Made by a program: the position numbers and the translations under genes
DNA from: Escherichia phage vB_EcoM-LTH01
DNA: 64,000 nucleotides
Sequence record: PP430345
Direction: 5' to 3' (one strand)
The notes under the pieces: model-generated
Told to the model about the DNA's origin: nothing
Database searches by the model: none
What the model saw: only the letters and a program-made list of their open reading frames with translations
Shown: positions 1 to 9,374 of the stretch, one piece after another
Layout of the letters: the number at the start of each line of letters is the position of its first letter
Position numbering within the stretch: position 1 is the stretch's first letter

Positions 1-44
1 AATGTAAAAAGTTATCAGAGAATGAATTAAGTCATCTTCAAGCT

Positions 45-266
45 ATGAGAGAAGCTTGGCATTCAGCAAAAGCTGGACTGAAAGTATGTGTTGTGACTGT
101 TTACGAATGTGACTGGTACACCATTTTGGGGAACTATTACGGAGTAATGAATCAGTATGTGGAAAAAGGCTTGATTTATCATCGTGTGGAAGATAGTATG
201 AATCCTGACTTACAGCTTGTGGCTGAAGATTTGGATAATGTACTAATAACTTTGGAGATGATCTAA
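45..266 (+). CDS. hypothetical protein (frame stays open to window start; may be 5'-truncated)
   Basis: 73-aa ORF; no in-frame stop between position 3 and the ATG at 45. Confidence 0.4.
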   Translation: MREAWHSAKAGLKVCVVTVYECDWYTILGNYYGVMNQYVEKGLIYHRVEDSMNPDLQLVAEDLDNVLITLEMI

Positions 267-409
267 TGAAAGAGTGTAACGATATTGTTGCGTTTGGATT
301 GAACATCGTGGAGTTTGGAACAGTGTGGTTTCTGATGCTAATAGCATTTGGTGTCAGTTTGGTTAAGTATCTTAACAAAGGTATTGGAGAGAGGAAAAGT
401 AAATCATGA
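266..409 (+). CDS. small hydrophobic protein (47 aa)
   Basis: ORF below track cutoff; TAATG overlap with upstream stop and ATGA overlap with next start; hydrophobic core FGTVWFLMLIAFGV. Confidence 0.3.
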   Translation: MKECNDIVAFGLNIVEFGTVWFLMLIAFGVSLVKYLNKGIGERKSKS

Positions 410-705
410 AATTGATCTTTAGTGATGAATTAAGCGAGCAGTTGGAAAACATCTTTCGTGCACAGGAAAAGCCTCGGTTCTACTTGTGGTGTACAGAACT
501 GAATGACCAGTTTAAATACCTCGAAGAAATCCTCGAAGGGAGGGGTGTAGAACTCACTGTGGCGAAAGTAAGACAGAACTGTGACAACTTATGCCTCTCT
601 GTGATTGGTGACGCTGACGAGGTTGCTTGGATGGATATGGCCCTATTGGTCTATTCACATAATCATCGTTATAAGCACCTTCTTGTTTTGGAGCATATGG
701 AATGA
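406..705 (+). CDS. hypothetical protein
   Basis: 99-aa ORF, ATGA overlap with next gene. Confidence 0.5.
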   Translation: MKLIFSDELSEQLENIFRAQEKPRFYLWCTELNDQFKYLEEILEGRGVELTVAKVRQNCDNLCLSVIGDADEVAWMDMALLVYSHNHRYKHLLVLEHME

Positions 706-1040
706 AAAAGTCTATTGTGGCGTACAAGTTGTTTAGAGTCAGGAAAGACGGTACAATAGGCCCCCTATTTATCAATAGATCTTTAGTCGTAGAAAAGAAT
801 AAGTGGATGGAAGCTGAAAATCATCCTACTCGGGGATTTTCTGTACGACCAGGTTGGCATTGTACACTTAAACCTGAAGCTCCTCATCTGAAGATAAACC
901 TTAAATCGGGAGAGATCCGTAAATGGTTCAAGGTTGAAGTTCAAGGCACTGTTAATTTTCAAAGACCTGAATCTCAAGGCGGCACTTGGATATTGGCAGA
1001 AAGATTACGCGTTCTGGAGGAGGTATCTGGCAGTGTGTGA
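702..1040 (+). CDS. hypothetical protein
   Basis: 112-aa ORF in operon-like packing. Confidence 0.5.
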   Translation: MKKSIVAYKLFRVRKDGTIGPLFINRSLVVEKNKWMEAENHPTRGFSVRPGWHCTLKPEAPHLKINLKSGEIRKWFKVEVQGTVNFQRPESQGGTWILAERLRVLEEVSGSV

Positions 1041-1272
1041 ATGTGATAATTGTAAGCTTGGGAAAAGGATCGGGGATGTTCGAGAATACCTGAAAGATCG
1101 CCCTGATCTTGTTGACACTCTTGATGAACTGTATAGTGAATACATTCATGTAAGTACGGATCTTGAGTGGCTTGAGAACGTTGTAAATAAAAGGTGGCCT
1201 AATTACCAGGGGTGTATGAAGGCTTATGGTTGGGTAGAGGACAAAAAGGAGACTAATGATGAAAGTTGTTGA
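1033..1272 (+). CDS. hypothetical protein (GTG start; track ORF begins at 934)
   Basis: track start would overlap upstream gene by >100 nt; in-frame GTG at 1033 preceded by GGAGGAGG. Confidence 0.4.
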   Translation: MCECDNCKLGKRIGDVREYLKDRPDLVDTLDELYSEYIHVSTDLEWLENVVNKRWPNYQGCMKAYGWVEDKKETNDESC

Positions 1273-1450
1273 TATAGAGATCAGTGAGAACATTGCTGGT
1301 GGGTATTCTCTTCTGGTATGTAATCGTGAAGGTGGTGAGATTGTTCACGGCTATAAGGTTGGTGGGATGGACACTGTAGAGTCATTCACTGTTCCTTTGG
1401 ACGTATTACTGGAAGCAATCAAGAATAACACCTACGATACTGAAGAGTGA
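1256..1450 (+). CDS. hypothetical protein
   Basis: 64-aa ORF. Confidence 0.45.
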   Translation: MMKVVDIEISENIAGGYSLLVCNREGGEIVHGYKVGGMDTVESFTVPLDVLLEAIKNNTYDTEE

Positions 1451-1454
1451 TGCT

Positions 1455-1826
1455 ATGACGACAGAGAAGAAGCCTTTTGACAAGACGGCCTTTGTTTTTA
1501 ATACGCCAGTTGAAAAACTTGAAGAATGTTTGTTGACATGCAATGAAGAGTTGAGTAGACTGCTCACTATTCCGAAACCGGACCCTTGGGTACAGGATCG
1601 TATCGACGATCTGTCTTATTGGTTGGGTATTTGGGAGCTACAGCTTCCTGACGCTAAGAGACGGAAGATGACAACCGTTCCTATGAGTGCGATAGAAAGA
1701 GTCGTGCTTGGGCTGTATGAGAAGCCAGAGGAGCCTAAAAAGGCTTGGACCAAACCGAAAAAGAAAGCACCACCAAAGGTGGAAAAGGAGAAGAAACGTG
1801 TCACAAAAAAGAAAAAGTCTGTCTGA
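1455..1826 (+). CDS. hypothetical protein with lysine-rich C-terminus
   Basis: 123-aa ORF; C-terminal KKAPPKVEKEKKRVTKKKK tail. Confidence 0.5.
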   Translation: MTTEKKPFDKTAFVFNTPVEKLEECLLTCNEELSRLLTIPKPDPWVQDRIDDLSYWLGIWELQLPDAKRRKMTTVPMSAIERVVLGLYEKPEEPKKAWTKPKKKAPPKVEKEKKRVTKKKKSV

Positions 1827-2199
1827 GAAATGGCTTAGTAACGGAATGTCAAACCAGTGGATTGATTCTGGATTGGCAACCTGCTTGAAAAAGCCAAACA
1901 AGACGCTCATCGAAGAAGAACCAAAAGATGAAGTTTTCGAATCTCCGAATGGAAGTGTTTGGATTGTGGCTGTCGATTACAGTGGACGGGTAACCGTCCT
2001 TAAAGCACCAAATATTCATCCTGCATTGCTTGACGAGGGTCCTGAAGCGGAGTATATTGGTCTTCCACCTGATTCAGATTCTGGCCCTGGTGTTTACCGT
2101 TGGACGTGTAGTTATCATGAAAGTAAGGATCGAGAATCTAATCTTGTGGACGGTTTTGAGTTTCATGTGGAGAAAGAAGAGGTTCTTTTCTCTGTTTAG
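1798..2199 (+). CDS. hypothetical protein (GTG start; track ORF begins at 1708)
   Basis: in-frame GTG at 1798 preceded by AAGGAG at 7-nt spacing; alternative ATG at 1846. Confidence 0.4.
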   Translation: MSQKRKSLSEKWLSNGMSNQWIDSGLATCLKKPNKTLIEEEPKDEVFESPNGSVWIVAVDYSGRVTVLKAPNIHPALLDEGPEAEYIGLPPDSDSGPGVYRWTCSYHESKDRESNLVDGFEFHVEKEEVLFSV

Positions 2200-2208
2200 G
2201 AGGAAACA

Positions 2209-2430
2209 ATGAGGATAAGTAAGAAGACTCATCCGTTTTATTTCACCAATGTCTATATGGGTGGGGAACTGAAGAAATCCAGCTTTGATGCTTGGTATCG
2301 AGGGATCAAAGCATTCGCATTTCTCCGTCGGAACATTGGTGGCATCATTAAAAAGAATGATCAGTTCTTTAAAGAGAATCCTGATTATGTTGAAGGTGCT
2401 CTTTGTGGAAAACTAAAGGAGACTAAATGA
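2209..2430 (+). CDS. hypothetical protein
   Basis: SD AGGAGG upstream; 73 aa. Confidence 0.5.
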   Translation: MRISKKTHPFYFTNVYMGGELKKSSFDAWYRGIKAFAFLRRNIGGIIKKNDQFFKENPDYVEGALCGKLKETK

Positions 2431-2762
2431 AATATCGGTTCAATGGCTACAAAACTAAATTTACCTCTCTTAAGTTTGTTGTTGGTAAGGTATATGATTT
2501 CAAAGATCGAGTTTTTGAAGTTGCTAATGAAGATGGGATCATGCTATCGGGTAGCGACGAGAATGGTACAACCGGAGTGATCGTATTTTTTAAGGACTAT
2601 GATTTCGAAGTTGTTGGGGAGGGAAGTCCTGAGATACGGTATATTGTTAGTGGCAAGAATGTAACTAAAGAGGTCTTTGAAGAGGTTAAAAAATCCCTAG
2701 AAGATCTTGACAAGATTGGGTTTGGTCTGGCAAAATACACATTAGAAATCAAAGCAAACTAA
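2427..2762 (+). CDS. hypothetical protein
   Basis: 111-aa ORF, ATGA overlap. Confidence 0.5.
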   Translation: MKYRFNGYKTKFTSLKFVVGKVYDFKDRVFEVANEDGIMLSGSDENGTTGVIVFFKDYDFEVVGEGSPEIRYIVSGKNVTKEVFEEVKKSLEDLDKIGFGLAKYTLEIKAN

Positions 2763-2771
2763 GGAGAAGTG

Positions 2772-4139
2772 ATGAGCGTAACTAAGATTATCGAACAACT
2801 GGCAGCAACCGGATCAACAAAAGAAAAAGAAGCGATCTTACGTAGTCATGCGGATAACGATGGCCTGCGTGAAGTATTTCGGGTAGCATATAGCAAAGAG
2901 TTAAACTTCTTTGTTCGCAGTTTTAAGGTTGATCCTGCAACTTTCCACCAAGGAAGCCGTAATCTGCAAGAGAGTATTGATCTTATCGTCAACGATGTTG
3001 CAAGCCGTATGTACACTGGGCATGAAGCTCGTGATGTTCTCACGAATGCCGTTCAACTGTGTGAAGAACCCGAAACCCTGATAAAGATCATCAACCGCGA
3101 TCTTGAGTGTGGTATCCAGACAACTCTGACCAACAAGGTTTGGAAGGACCTGATTACAGAGCCTCCTTACCAGAGCTATACTCTTTTCAAAGAGGATCTC
3201 CTTCGTAATTTCAACTATGAGGGTGCTTTCTCCGACGAGAAGATGGACGGACTTTATGCAGACATTATGGTTTGGCCTGAGCAGGTCATTTATCGTTCAC
3301 GATCAGGGAAAGAGCTTAATTTCCGGTGTATTACTTCACTTGAGCAAAACCTGAAAGAAAAAGCCAATTCTGATGGTCCTTTTGTTATGCACGGGGAAGG
3401 TTTAGTTATTGACCTGTCATACCCGCACGGGGTTCAACCACGAGAGATCGGTAACGGATATCTTAACCAAGATCCTGAAAACATTGATCCTAATCTGGTA
3501 CGTTTGGTTGTTTGGGATGTTGTTTCTATGGACGAGTATATCGCACGTAAATCCAAGAAAAAATATAAAGACCGTCGTAAGCAGGTTGAAAATATTGTCA
3601 ACTATGTTGATGAGTCTTCTCATTTCCAGATGATCCGTGGTCGTCAGATAGGCAGTCTTAAAGAGGCTATTGACCACTTTATCGAAATGCGTTTGCAGAA
3701 GAAAGAGGGTACGGTTCTTAAAGAAGCGAATATGCCTTGGGGAGATAACAAGACTAAGAAAGGGATCAAACTTAAAAATGAGTTCGATGTTGATCTTGAG
3801 GTTGTGGCGACAACGCCTCACAAGAAGAAGCCTGGGCTTATTGGATCTCTGGTCTGCCGGACTCGTGATGGACTTCTTGAAGTTGGTGCTGGGTCTGGAC
3901 TTACTGATGCGCTTCGTAAAAAGCCGAGTGAGTATTTCATTGGGCAGATTATTACGATCAAGGCTAATGACATTACTGATGCGGAGAATAAAGATCTGAA
4001 ATCGCTGTTTTTGCCACGTTTAAATTATAAGTTTGTTGAACTTCGCTTTGATAAGAGCGTAGCCAACAGCCTGGAAGAAGTGATCGAAGCATCGAACTCT
4101 CTTCTGGATCTTCTTCGTAAAATTGCAGAGGAGGTTTAA
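2772..4139 (+). CDS. ATP-dependent DNA ligase (T4 gp30-like)
   Basis: N-terminus IEQLAATGSTKEKEAILR resembles T4 ligase; KMDG (KxDG adenylation lysine motif); RDLECG; NAGSGL-like GAGSGL; LFLPRL C-terminal motif. Confidence 0.9.
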   Translation: MSVTKIIEQLAATGSTKEKEAILRSHADNDGLREVFRVAYSKELNFFVRSFKVDPATFHQGSRNLQESIDLIVNDVASRMYTGHEARDVLTNAVQLCEEPETLIKIINRDLECGIQTTLTNKVWKDLITEPPYQSYTLFKEDLLRNFNYEGAFSDEKMDGLYADIMVWPEQVIYRSRSGKELNFRCITSLEQNLKEKANSDGPFVMHGEGLVIDLSYPHGVQPREIGNGYLNQDPENIDPNLVRLVVWDVVSMDEYIARKSKKKYKDRRKQVENIVNYVDESSHFQMIRGRQIGSLKEAIDHFIEMRLQKKEGTVLKEANMPWGDNKTKKGIKLKNEFDVDLEVVATTPHKKKPGLIGSLVCRTRDGLLEVGAGSGLTDALRKKPSEYFIGQIITIKANDITDAENKDLKSLFLPRLNYKFVELRFDKSVANSLEEVIEASNSLLDLLRKIAEEV

Positions 4140-4141
4140 TA

Positions 4142-4603
4142 GTGGAAGCTTTAATTATCGCTGTTGTGGGGATTACACTTTACCTTTCCGTAATTTTGGG
4201 CGTTCCCGTGTTGCTTACTCGTAAGCCAGCAGGTAAGATCTTGAAGTTGATTCGTGAAGGATCTTCTCGGTTTGAGGTACATTCTGGAGTTTTTGTTCCT
4301 GAGGGCCATGAAGATCCTTGTGAGGATAATGATGATCTTTGGTATGTTGATTATACAATTGTTGATACGGTCACAGGTAAGGTTACTTACATTGAAAAGG
4401 TTTGTGGTATTATCTCCGATAGCCTTTTCGTAAATGGCGATCTGTTCTGGATGAATGATTATGAAGGTACACGACTTTACCACACCTGTCGTCGAATCGT
4501 TAAGCGACGTAATAAGGCTTCAAAAAAGGACAAACGATCTAAGTTCGAGATCGAAAAGGATGAAGCACGTAAAGTTGCACTAGAAACTTATAAAGACTGT
4601 TGA
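4142..4603 (+). CDS. membrane protein (N-terminal TM helix)
   Basis: GTG start after GGAGG; N-terminal ALIIAVVGITLYLSVILGVPVLL. Confidence 0.5.
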   Translation: MEALIIAVVGITLYLSVILGVPVLLTRKPAGKILKLIREGSSRFEVHSGVFVPEGHEDPCEDNDDLWYVDYTIVDTVTGKVTYIEKVCGIISDSLFVNGDLFWMNDYEGTRLYHTCRRIVKRRNKASKKDKRSKFEIEKDEARKVALETYKDC

Positions 4604-4656
4604 CAATGATAAGGGGCCATTATACATGACCCCAAGTTAAACGAAAGGAGATTAAA

Positions 4657-5394
4657 TTGAAATACAATGAATTGAGTACTGATCAAAAAACCTTTATTTC
4701 CGAGATGATTGATGTTAAGGGCAATAGCTTCTTTCGGGAAGCAGCAGAGCGAGTAAAAAATTGGAATTTTGTTGCTCGTGGTTTTCATGACTTCTCTGAA
4801 GATGTTTCAAAATTCCAAAAAACTCTTGTTATGGAAGAGTACAATGAACTTTATGATCTTGGTTTAACTAAAAAGAATCGTAAGGAAATCATAGATGCAC
4901 TTTGCGACTTGTTTGTAGTTGGATCATATTACAACTTCTTGAAAGGTGGTTCTGAAAACATCTGTCCTGCTGACAATGTTGGTACGTATAATCTGACTTC
5001 GCTTTATCGAACTCTTGATCAATTTATCGAGAGTGACAATACAAACGGGATCGTTATGGCGGTTGTTGCAATCATGCAGAACTCCAACTTTAATGCTCAT
5101 CGTGCTTTAAATGAGGTTTTGGATTCAAATGATTCCAAGATCCCAACCGTGAAAGAATTTACAGAAGGTTTCTACAAGACGTATTACTTTTTTGCAGAAG
5201 CTGATTTTGATCTTGATGCCATGATGCGTTTGGAAGCAGAACAGATTGAACTGCGTAACCGTAACCGTTATCATGGTGTGAAGGGAAGTATCGTAAAAGG
5301 TGGTGATGGTATGGATCGAGTAGTATTTAAAGATAAGAACGGCAAGATCATGAAGCCGATCACTTATTTTGAAGCAAACCTAGAGGGAATGTAA
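4657..5394 (+). CDS. hypothetical protein, possible MazG-like NTP pyrophosphohydrolase fold
   Basis: TTG start 9 nt after AAGGAG; EEYNELYDLG...EIIDALCDLFVVG resembles the MazG EExxE...DAxxD pattern (tentative). Confidence 0.5.
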   Translation: MKYNELSTDQKTFISEMIDVKGNSFFREAAERVKNWNFVARGFHDFSEDVSKFQKTLVMEEYNELYDLGLTKKNRKEIIDALCDLFVVGSYYNFLKGGSENICPADNVGTYNLTSLYRTLDQFIESDNTNGIVMAVVAIMQNSNFNAHRALNEVLDSNDSKIPTVKEFTEGFYKTYYFFAEADFDLDAMMRLEAEQIELRNRNRYHGVKGSIVKGGDGMDRVVFKDKNGKIMKPITYFEANLEGM

Positions 5395-5397
5395 TTA

Positions 5398-5574
5398 ATG
5401 CCGTTGTATTCTTACAAATGTGAAAAATGTGGTGAAGTTTTCGATCAAAATAGAAAGATCGCAGAACGTGAAAATGCTCCTTGCAAGTGTGGAGAGATTG
5501 CAGTAAAATGTTTGTCTGCTCCACGAGGAATTAAAAACGGTTATTGTGACCAGGGTAAAATGTTTGTACGATAG
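5398..5574 (+). CDS. zinc-ribbon protein (FmdB-like CxxC...CxC)
   Basis: 58-aa ORF MPLYSYKCEKCGEVFD...CKCGE; below track cutoff. Confidence 0.45.
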   Translation: MPLYSYKCEKCGEVFDQNRKIAERENAPCKCGEIAVKCLSAPRGIKNGYCDQGKMFVR

Positions 5575-5582
5575 GGGGAATT

Positions 5583-5927
5583 ATGAATCAAGAAAAAGAT
5601 GTTGAAAAACCTGGCTTACCTGTGTATGATGGTTCTCAGACTAAAATTTCTTTTGATGGTTTAGTTATTACGGGTCTTGCAAGTGGTAAAAAATATGCTC
5701 GTCGTCCAAACGGTTATCATGAGATCTATGTCAGTGCATTAAGTCCTTTTGTCCGTCAGTTCCAAATTGGACTAAAAGGTAATTTAACCTTGAAGATCCA
5801 TACGGGTTATGAAACATTTGCAACGTGTACTTTACCTTGTGAAACTGTAGCTCTGCTTGTGTCAGAGATCAGTGATGAAATCCCAGTCTTTCAGGTTGTT
5901 TTTAAAGAACTTAAAAATCCTGCTTGA
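5583..5927 (+). CDS. hypothetical protein
   Basis: 114-aa ORF, SD GGGGGAA upstream. Confidence 0.5.
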   Translation: MNQEKDVEKPGLPVYDGSQTKISFDGLVITGLASGKKYARRPNGYHEIYVSALSPFVRQFQIGLKGNLTLKIHTGYETFATCTLPCETVALLVSEISDEIPVFQVVFKELKNPA

Positions 5928-6012
5928 CATAAGATATTGAATGGGGTATTCTTACCCCATCGAAGCAAAGAAGTTAACTTACTATTTAAACATTAAAGAG
6001 GAGAAATACAAA

Positions 6013-6324
6013 ATGGCTAAATCTAAAACTGACCTGATCACTACCCTGCCTTCTGACCTGGAAGTTCGTAAGCGTCTGGCTAACATTGTTCAGGAAGGTG
6101 TTGAAGCTGTTCGTCGTCAGAAAGATGCTGCTGAAGATCTGAAAAGCATCCTGGCGATCACTAAAGAAGACCTGAACATCGACCCTAAATTCCTACGTAC
6201 CCTGATCAACGGTGAATATGATAAGCAAGATGCAGCAGAGAAGAAACGTGCAGCGCTTGAAAGCCAGATTGAACAACTGAACGAACTTGATATCTTGATG
6301 GGCCGTGAAGTTGGTGAAGAATAA
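6013..6324 (+). CDS. hypothetical protein (start moved to internal ATG with strong SD)
   Basis: AAAGAGGAGAAA SD 7 nt before ATG at 6013; track start 5941 lies inside a promoter/hairpin. Confidence 0.55.
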   Translation: MAKSKTDLITTLPSDLEVRKRLANIVQEGVEAVRRQKDAAEDLKSILAITKEDLNIDPKFLRTLINGEYDKQDAAEKKRAALESQIEQLNELDILMGREVGEE

Positions 6325-6364
6325 TATAAAGTTAATATCTTAAACTTCTATAAGGAGAAATTCT

Positions 6365-6586
6365 GTGAATATCAAAGAAGTTAATCCAGGGCAGACAGTT
6401 AAGTTCAACCCACTGGGTAATTATGAGGATCGCTATAATTTGTACGGTGTTCAAGTTGGTGATACAGGTGTTGTTGAATTCGTTGATGAAGAATGTGAAT
6501 ATGTCACTGTTGCATTCACACGTCAGGACGGTGTTATCGTTGATGGTTTCTACGCAGAAGCTGAAGATTTAGAACTCGTAGCTTAA
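6365..6586 (+). CDS. hypothetical protein
   Basis: GTG start after TAAGGAGAAA. Confidence 0.5.
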   Translation: MNIKEVNPGQTVKFNPLGNYEDRYNLYGVQVGDTGVVEFVDEECEYVTVAFTRQDGVIVDGFYAEAEDLELVA

Positions 6587-6649
6587 GTAACGATCGGGCC
6601 ACATTAGTGTGGCCCTTATAATGAAAAATACAAAAAAGGAGATACAAAT

Positions 6650-6892
6650 ATGAATATTAATTTTAACGACGCAACTTACGAAAAACTGAAATACCTGGCT
6701 ACTCTGGAAGGTCGATCAGTTGCAGCGTATATCTCCCAAAAGATGGATGAGCTTACAGGTCAACTGGTAAATGTTGAATATTCACTGAATGATATTCCAG
6801 AAGGTACGCCTCTTGCTCATATGGATCTAACTCCAAAGCCACGAATCGTAGATCGTGACACTGATGAACAAGATGGTTACGCAAATTGGTAA
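6650..6892 (+). CDS. hypothetical protein
   Basis: AAAAGGAGA SD; followed by intrinsic terminator. Confidence 0.55.
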   Translation: MNINFNDATYEKLKYLATLEGRSVAAYISQKMDELTGQLVNVEYSLNDIPEGTPLAHMDLTPKPRIVDRDTDEQDGYANW

Positions 6893-6902
6893 AAATTTTT
6901 AA

Positions 6903-6928
6903 GCCGCCCTTCGGGGCGGTTTTTCTTT
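6903..6928 (+). terminator. intrinsic terminator
   Basis: GCCGCCCTTCGGGGCGG hairpin followed by TTTTTCTTT. Confidence 0.75.
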
Positions 6929-6937
6929 ATCTATCTC

Positions 6938-6965
6938 TTGACACCTGCCTCCAGTTCTGTATAAT
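6938..6965 (+). promoter_or_regulatory. sigma70-like promoter
   Basis: TTGACA - 16 nt - TATAAT. Confidence 0.6.
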
Positions 6966-6994
6966 ACCTATATCAACCAACAACAGGAGATAAA

Positions 6995-7183
6995 ATGAAT
7001 ATTAAACTTACAAAAGAAATGATTGCCGTGTTTATGCAAATTTCGTCAGTTCGTGATGGGATGAGTAAAGAATCTAAGAGTATTAAGTTACCTGAAGTTG
7101 ACTCTCTCGTAACACTTCTTGAAAATGTTGGAGCACTTATTCTTCGTGAAATGACCAAGCAAGATTCTACTACAGAGGGGTGA
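6995..7183 (+). CDS. hypothetical protein
   Basis: first gene after a near-consensus promoter; SD CAGGAGA. Confidence 0.5.
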   Translation: MNIKLTKEMIAVFMQISSVRDGMSKESKSIKLPEVDSLVTLLENVGALILREMTKQDSTTEG

Positions 7184-7187
7184 TCAA

Positions 7188-7652
7188 TTGAAAACTTTTA
7201 AAGAACGTATGGAATTGTTAGATAAAGCTTTGTCTCGTGAAACTCCAGAGAGTTTGTTTGAAAAACTACAGTCATACGGAAATGCTGATTACTCTTTCGA
7301 AGATATGATGGATGAGATTCCTGAGATCTGTTGGCAAACATGTTATTGGAATAACGATCAAAAAGTTCAACGTACTATTGTATGTGCAGCTAATCGGTTT
7401 AAATTGAAAGATGGTGGAACTCTGATTATCCCTGGATCTCGTCATTACTCTAAGGATATGGCAGAAGTGCTTGATGTGGTGGGGCCACAATTAGTATCTC
7501 AGCAAGTTTGTGGAGACGATCAAGGCTTTATCGACCAATACGGTAATTATTGGAATCGTGAAGAAGCAATGATTATTGCAACTTATGCCGGACAGGTACG
7601 TATCGAACGTGGTGGAAGTGAGAAAGAACTTTACTCGGAGGACCTTTACTGA
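7188..7652 (+). CDS. hypothetical protein
   Basis: TTG start after GAGGGG; 154 aa; conserved-looking IVCAANRF...GSRH segment of unknown family. Confidence 0.5.
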   Translation: MKTFKERMELLDKALSRETPESLFEKLQSYGNADYSFEDMMDEIPEICWQTCYWNNDQKVQRTIVCAANRFKLKDGGTLIIPGSRHYSKDMAEVLDVVGPQLVSQQVCGDDQGFIDQYGNYWNREEAMIIATYAGQVRIERGGSEKELYSEDLY

Positions 7653-7924
7653 TGAACACTAAACAGCTTACTATTGAAGCTTTGCAGCTTAAGATAAAAC
7701 AAATCGAGTATCTTAACCAGATGATGAAAGAGGGTTGGGGTACGTATACTAATCAGCCTGCCTGGGAGGCTTTAGGTCATCCATACCTGAACGATGCTTG
7801 TAATGGTAATATTCCTCGTGATGGGTTGAAACCTTTCTTACGGGATATGTACATTAAGGTTAACGAAGAGATCATTGATTCCCTTTACTATCAGATCAGG
7901 AAACTCGAAAATGAGAGTAATTGA
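7652..7924 (+). CDS. hypothetical protein
   Basis: 90-aa ORF. Confidence 0.5.
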   Translation: MNTKQLTIEALQLKIKQIEYLNQMMKEGWGTYTNQPAWEALGHPYLNDACNGNIPRDGLKPFLRDMYIKVNEEIIDSLYYQIRKLENESN

Positions 7925-8111
7925 TTCTAAAAGTGATTATTTCAATTCTTTAAATGATAAGGACAAGACTAAGATTCGTCACTTCATCGTAGAGATGGGA
8001 TACACCAACTCTGAAGATTTGAAAGAGCATATTCTCGAATGTTACGTAGCTAAGAAATTTTCTTTGACAAGTAAGTGTTTAAATGAGATTATACAGCACT
8101 ACACGGCTTAA
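7911..8111 (+). CDS. hypothetical protein (start moved to internal ATG)
   Basis: track start 7875 overlaps upstream gene by 50 nt; ATG at 7911. Confidence 0.4.
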   Translation: MRVIDSKSDYFNSLNDKDKTKIRHFIVEMGYTNSEDLKEHILECYVAKKFSLTSKCLNEIIQHYTA

Positions 8112-8124
8112 GGGGGATAGTTGA

Positions 8125-8457
8125 ATGGGTAAATTAGTTGTTTTGGAAGTTCGGGCAGCAGACTTAGCAAAGGCAGTTGGTTTCTTTAAATTTGAAGATT
8201 CTGAATTTCGTGAGCGATGGGGACTTAACTTACCATCCAAAATCTGTGGTCTTTTTAAGGCAAGTCAGATCGAAGACCTGATTATTAAAAAGATTGTTAA
8301 TCTTGATGGTGTGGAATTTAATAATATTGTCGTTTTCGACGAAGACTTTGATTGGTCTGCCTATTGCAGCCTTTCAGATTGGATTGCTAAATTCCCGATG
8401 GCAGAAAACTGTTCTGTTTCAATTCCTGGATCTTTACTGGAGATTGTGAATGTATAA
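8125..8457 (+). CDS. hypothetical protein
   Basis: SD AAGGGGGA. Confidence 0.5.
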   Translation: MGKLVVLEVRAADLAKAVGFFKFEDSEFRERWGLNLPSKICGLFKASQIEDLIIKKIVNLDGVEFNNIVVFDEDFDWSAYCSLSDWIAKFPMAENCSVSIPGSLLEIVNV

Positions 8458-8686
8458 TCAAGATATCGAAACGATTAAAGAAAGGCTTAAGTTGATGACA
8501 GCTTCGCCCAATGTAACGACTAAGGATGTTGATCTTATTCGTCAAACACTTCATGTAATAAATTCATTAGAAGAGGAGATCAAGTCTCTCAATGTTGATG
8601 TAGGTTGTTACAAACATGCTTATGTTGCGTTTGCTGACATTACGAAGATTATGGCTCGGGAGTTAGAAAAATCGAAACATTCTTAG
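8450..8686 (+). CDS. hypothetical protein
   Basis: 78-aa ORF. Confidence 0.5.
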   Translation: MYNQDIETIKERLKLMTASPNVTTKDVDLIRQTLHVINSLEEEIKSLNVDVGCYKHAYVAFADITKIMARELEKSKHS

Positions 8687-8822
8687 GGGTTATCGTTTTA
8701 ATACTGGCATTCTACCTCTTCACAAGAGCGTGCTGGATTGGATTTTTCAGTACGCCTGACGGATTACTTTCGGTAGTGCTATTCTTGATTTCAATATCTG
8801 CATTGGATCTATAGGAGTTTTT

Positions 8823-9374
8823 ATGCGAGTCACTGATAAACATGTGTTCTTTTATTCTTATCGCGATGTTTTTAGTAATCATTACCAGGAGATCTCTCCA
8901 TTCTCAAACTTCGACCAGAAGATGAAGGGGGTTTATTTCCACACTGGTGAGCATTACATGATGTATGAAAAGGCTATGCTTTTCGGTGACAAAGCTTCAG
9001 CGGAAAGGATCATTAAGGCCGTAACGCCGCAAGGTGCTAAAACGCTCGGTCGTAAGGTAAAGAATTTTGATCAGGCAGTTTGGGATGAAAATAAATTTAA
9101 CATTGTGACCCGTTTAGTGTATAGTCGTATGTGTGATAATGGTAATCTCCGTGAACTTGCGGTAGGTTACCGTAAAAAGGGTTTGAAGTTTGTAGAAGCC
9201 TCGCCGAGAGATCGTATATGGGGGATCGGTATGGACGAGAATCATCCTATGGTAGATGATGAAAGTTTCTGGTATGGAGAGAATCTTTTGGGGAAAGCCT
9301 GGGACGAAGCAACGGATATGATTATCGATGTTTCGGAAGCTATGAATATGATTGGTAAATGTGAGGCATACTAA
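8823..9374 (+). CDS. NADAR-family protein (YbiA/DUF1768-like N-glycosidase / ADP-ribose processing)
   Basis: VFFYSYRDVFSNHYQ...FSNF...GEHYMMYEKAMLF...IWGIG pattern typical of NADAR domain. Confidence 0.65.
   Translation: MRVTDKHVFFYSYRDVFSNHYQEISPFSNFDQKMKGVYFHTGEHYMMYEKAMLFGDKASAERIIKAVTPQGAKTLGRKVKNFDQAVWDENKFNIVTRLVYSRMCDNGNLRELAVGYRKKGLKFVEASPRDRIWGIGMDENHPMVDDESFWYGENLLGKAWDEATDMIIDVSEAMNMIGKCEAY

Noticed and set aside
43-378. Minus-strand ORFs embedded antisense in the + strand gene block (e.g. 43..378, 554..775, 3417..3821, 9436..9672, 18425..18760, 20056..20478, 38272..38589)
   Set aside because: They overlap well-supported + strand genes, lack SD sites and have skewed composition; antisense shadow ORFs.
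1708-2199. Long 5' overlaps of track ORFs with upstream genes (934..1272, 1708..2199, 26577..27296, 43147..44391, 29977..31317)
   Set aside because: Overlaps of 90-110 nt are unlikely in this tightly packed genome; downstream in-frame starts with SD sites were used instead.
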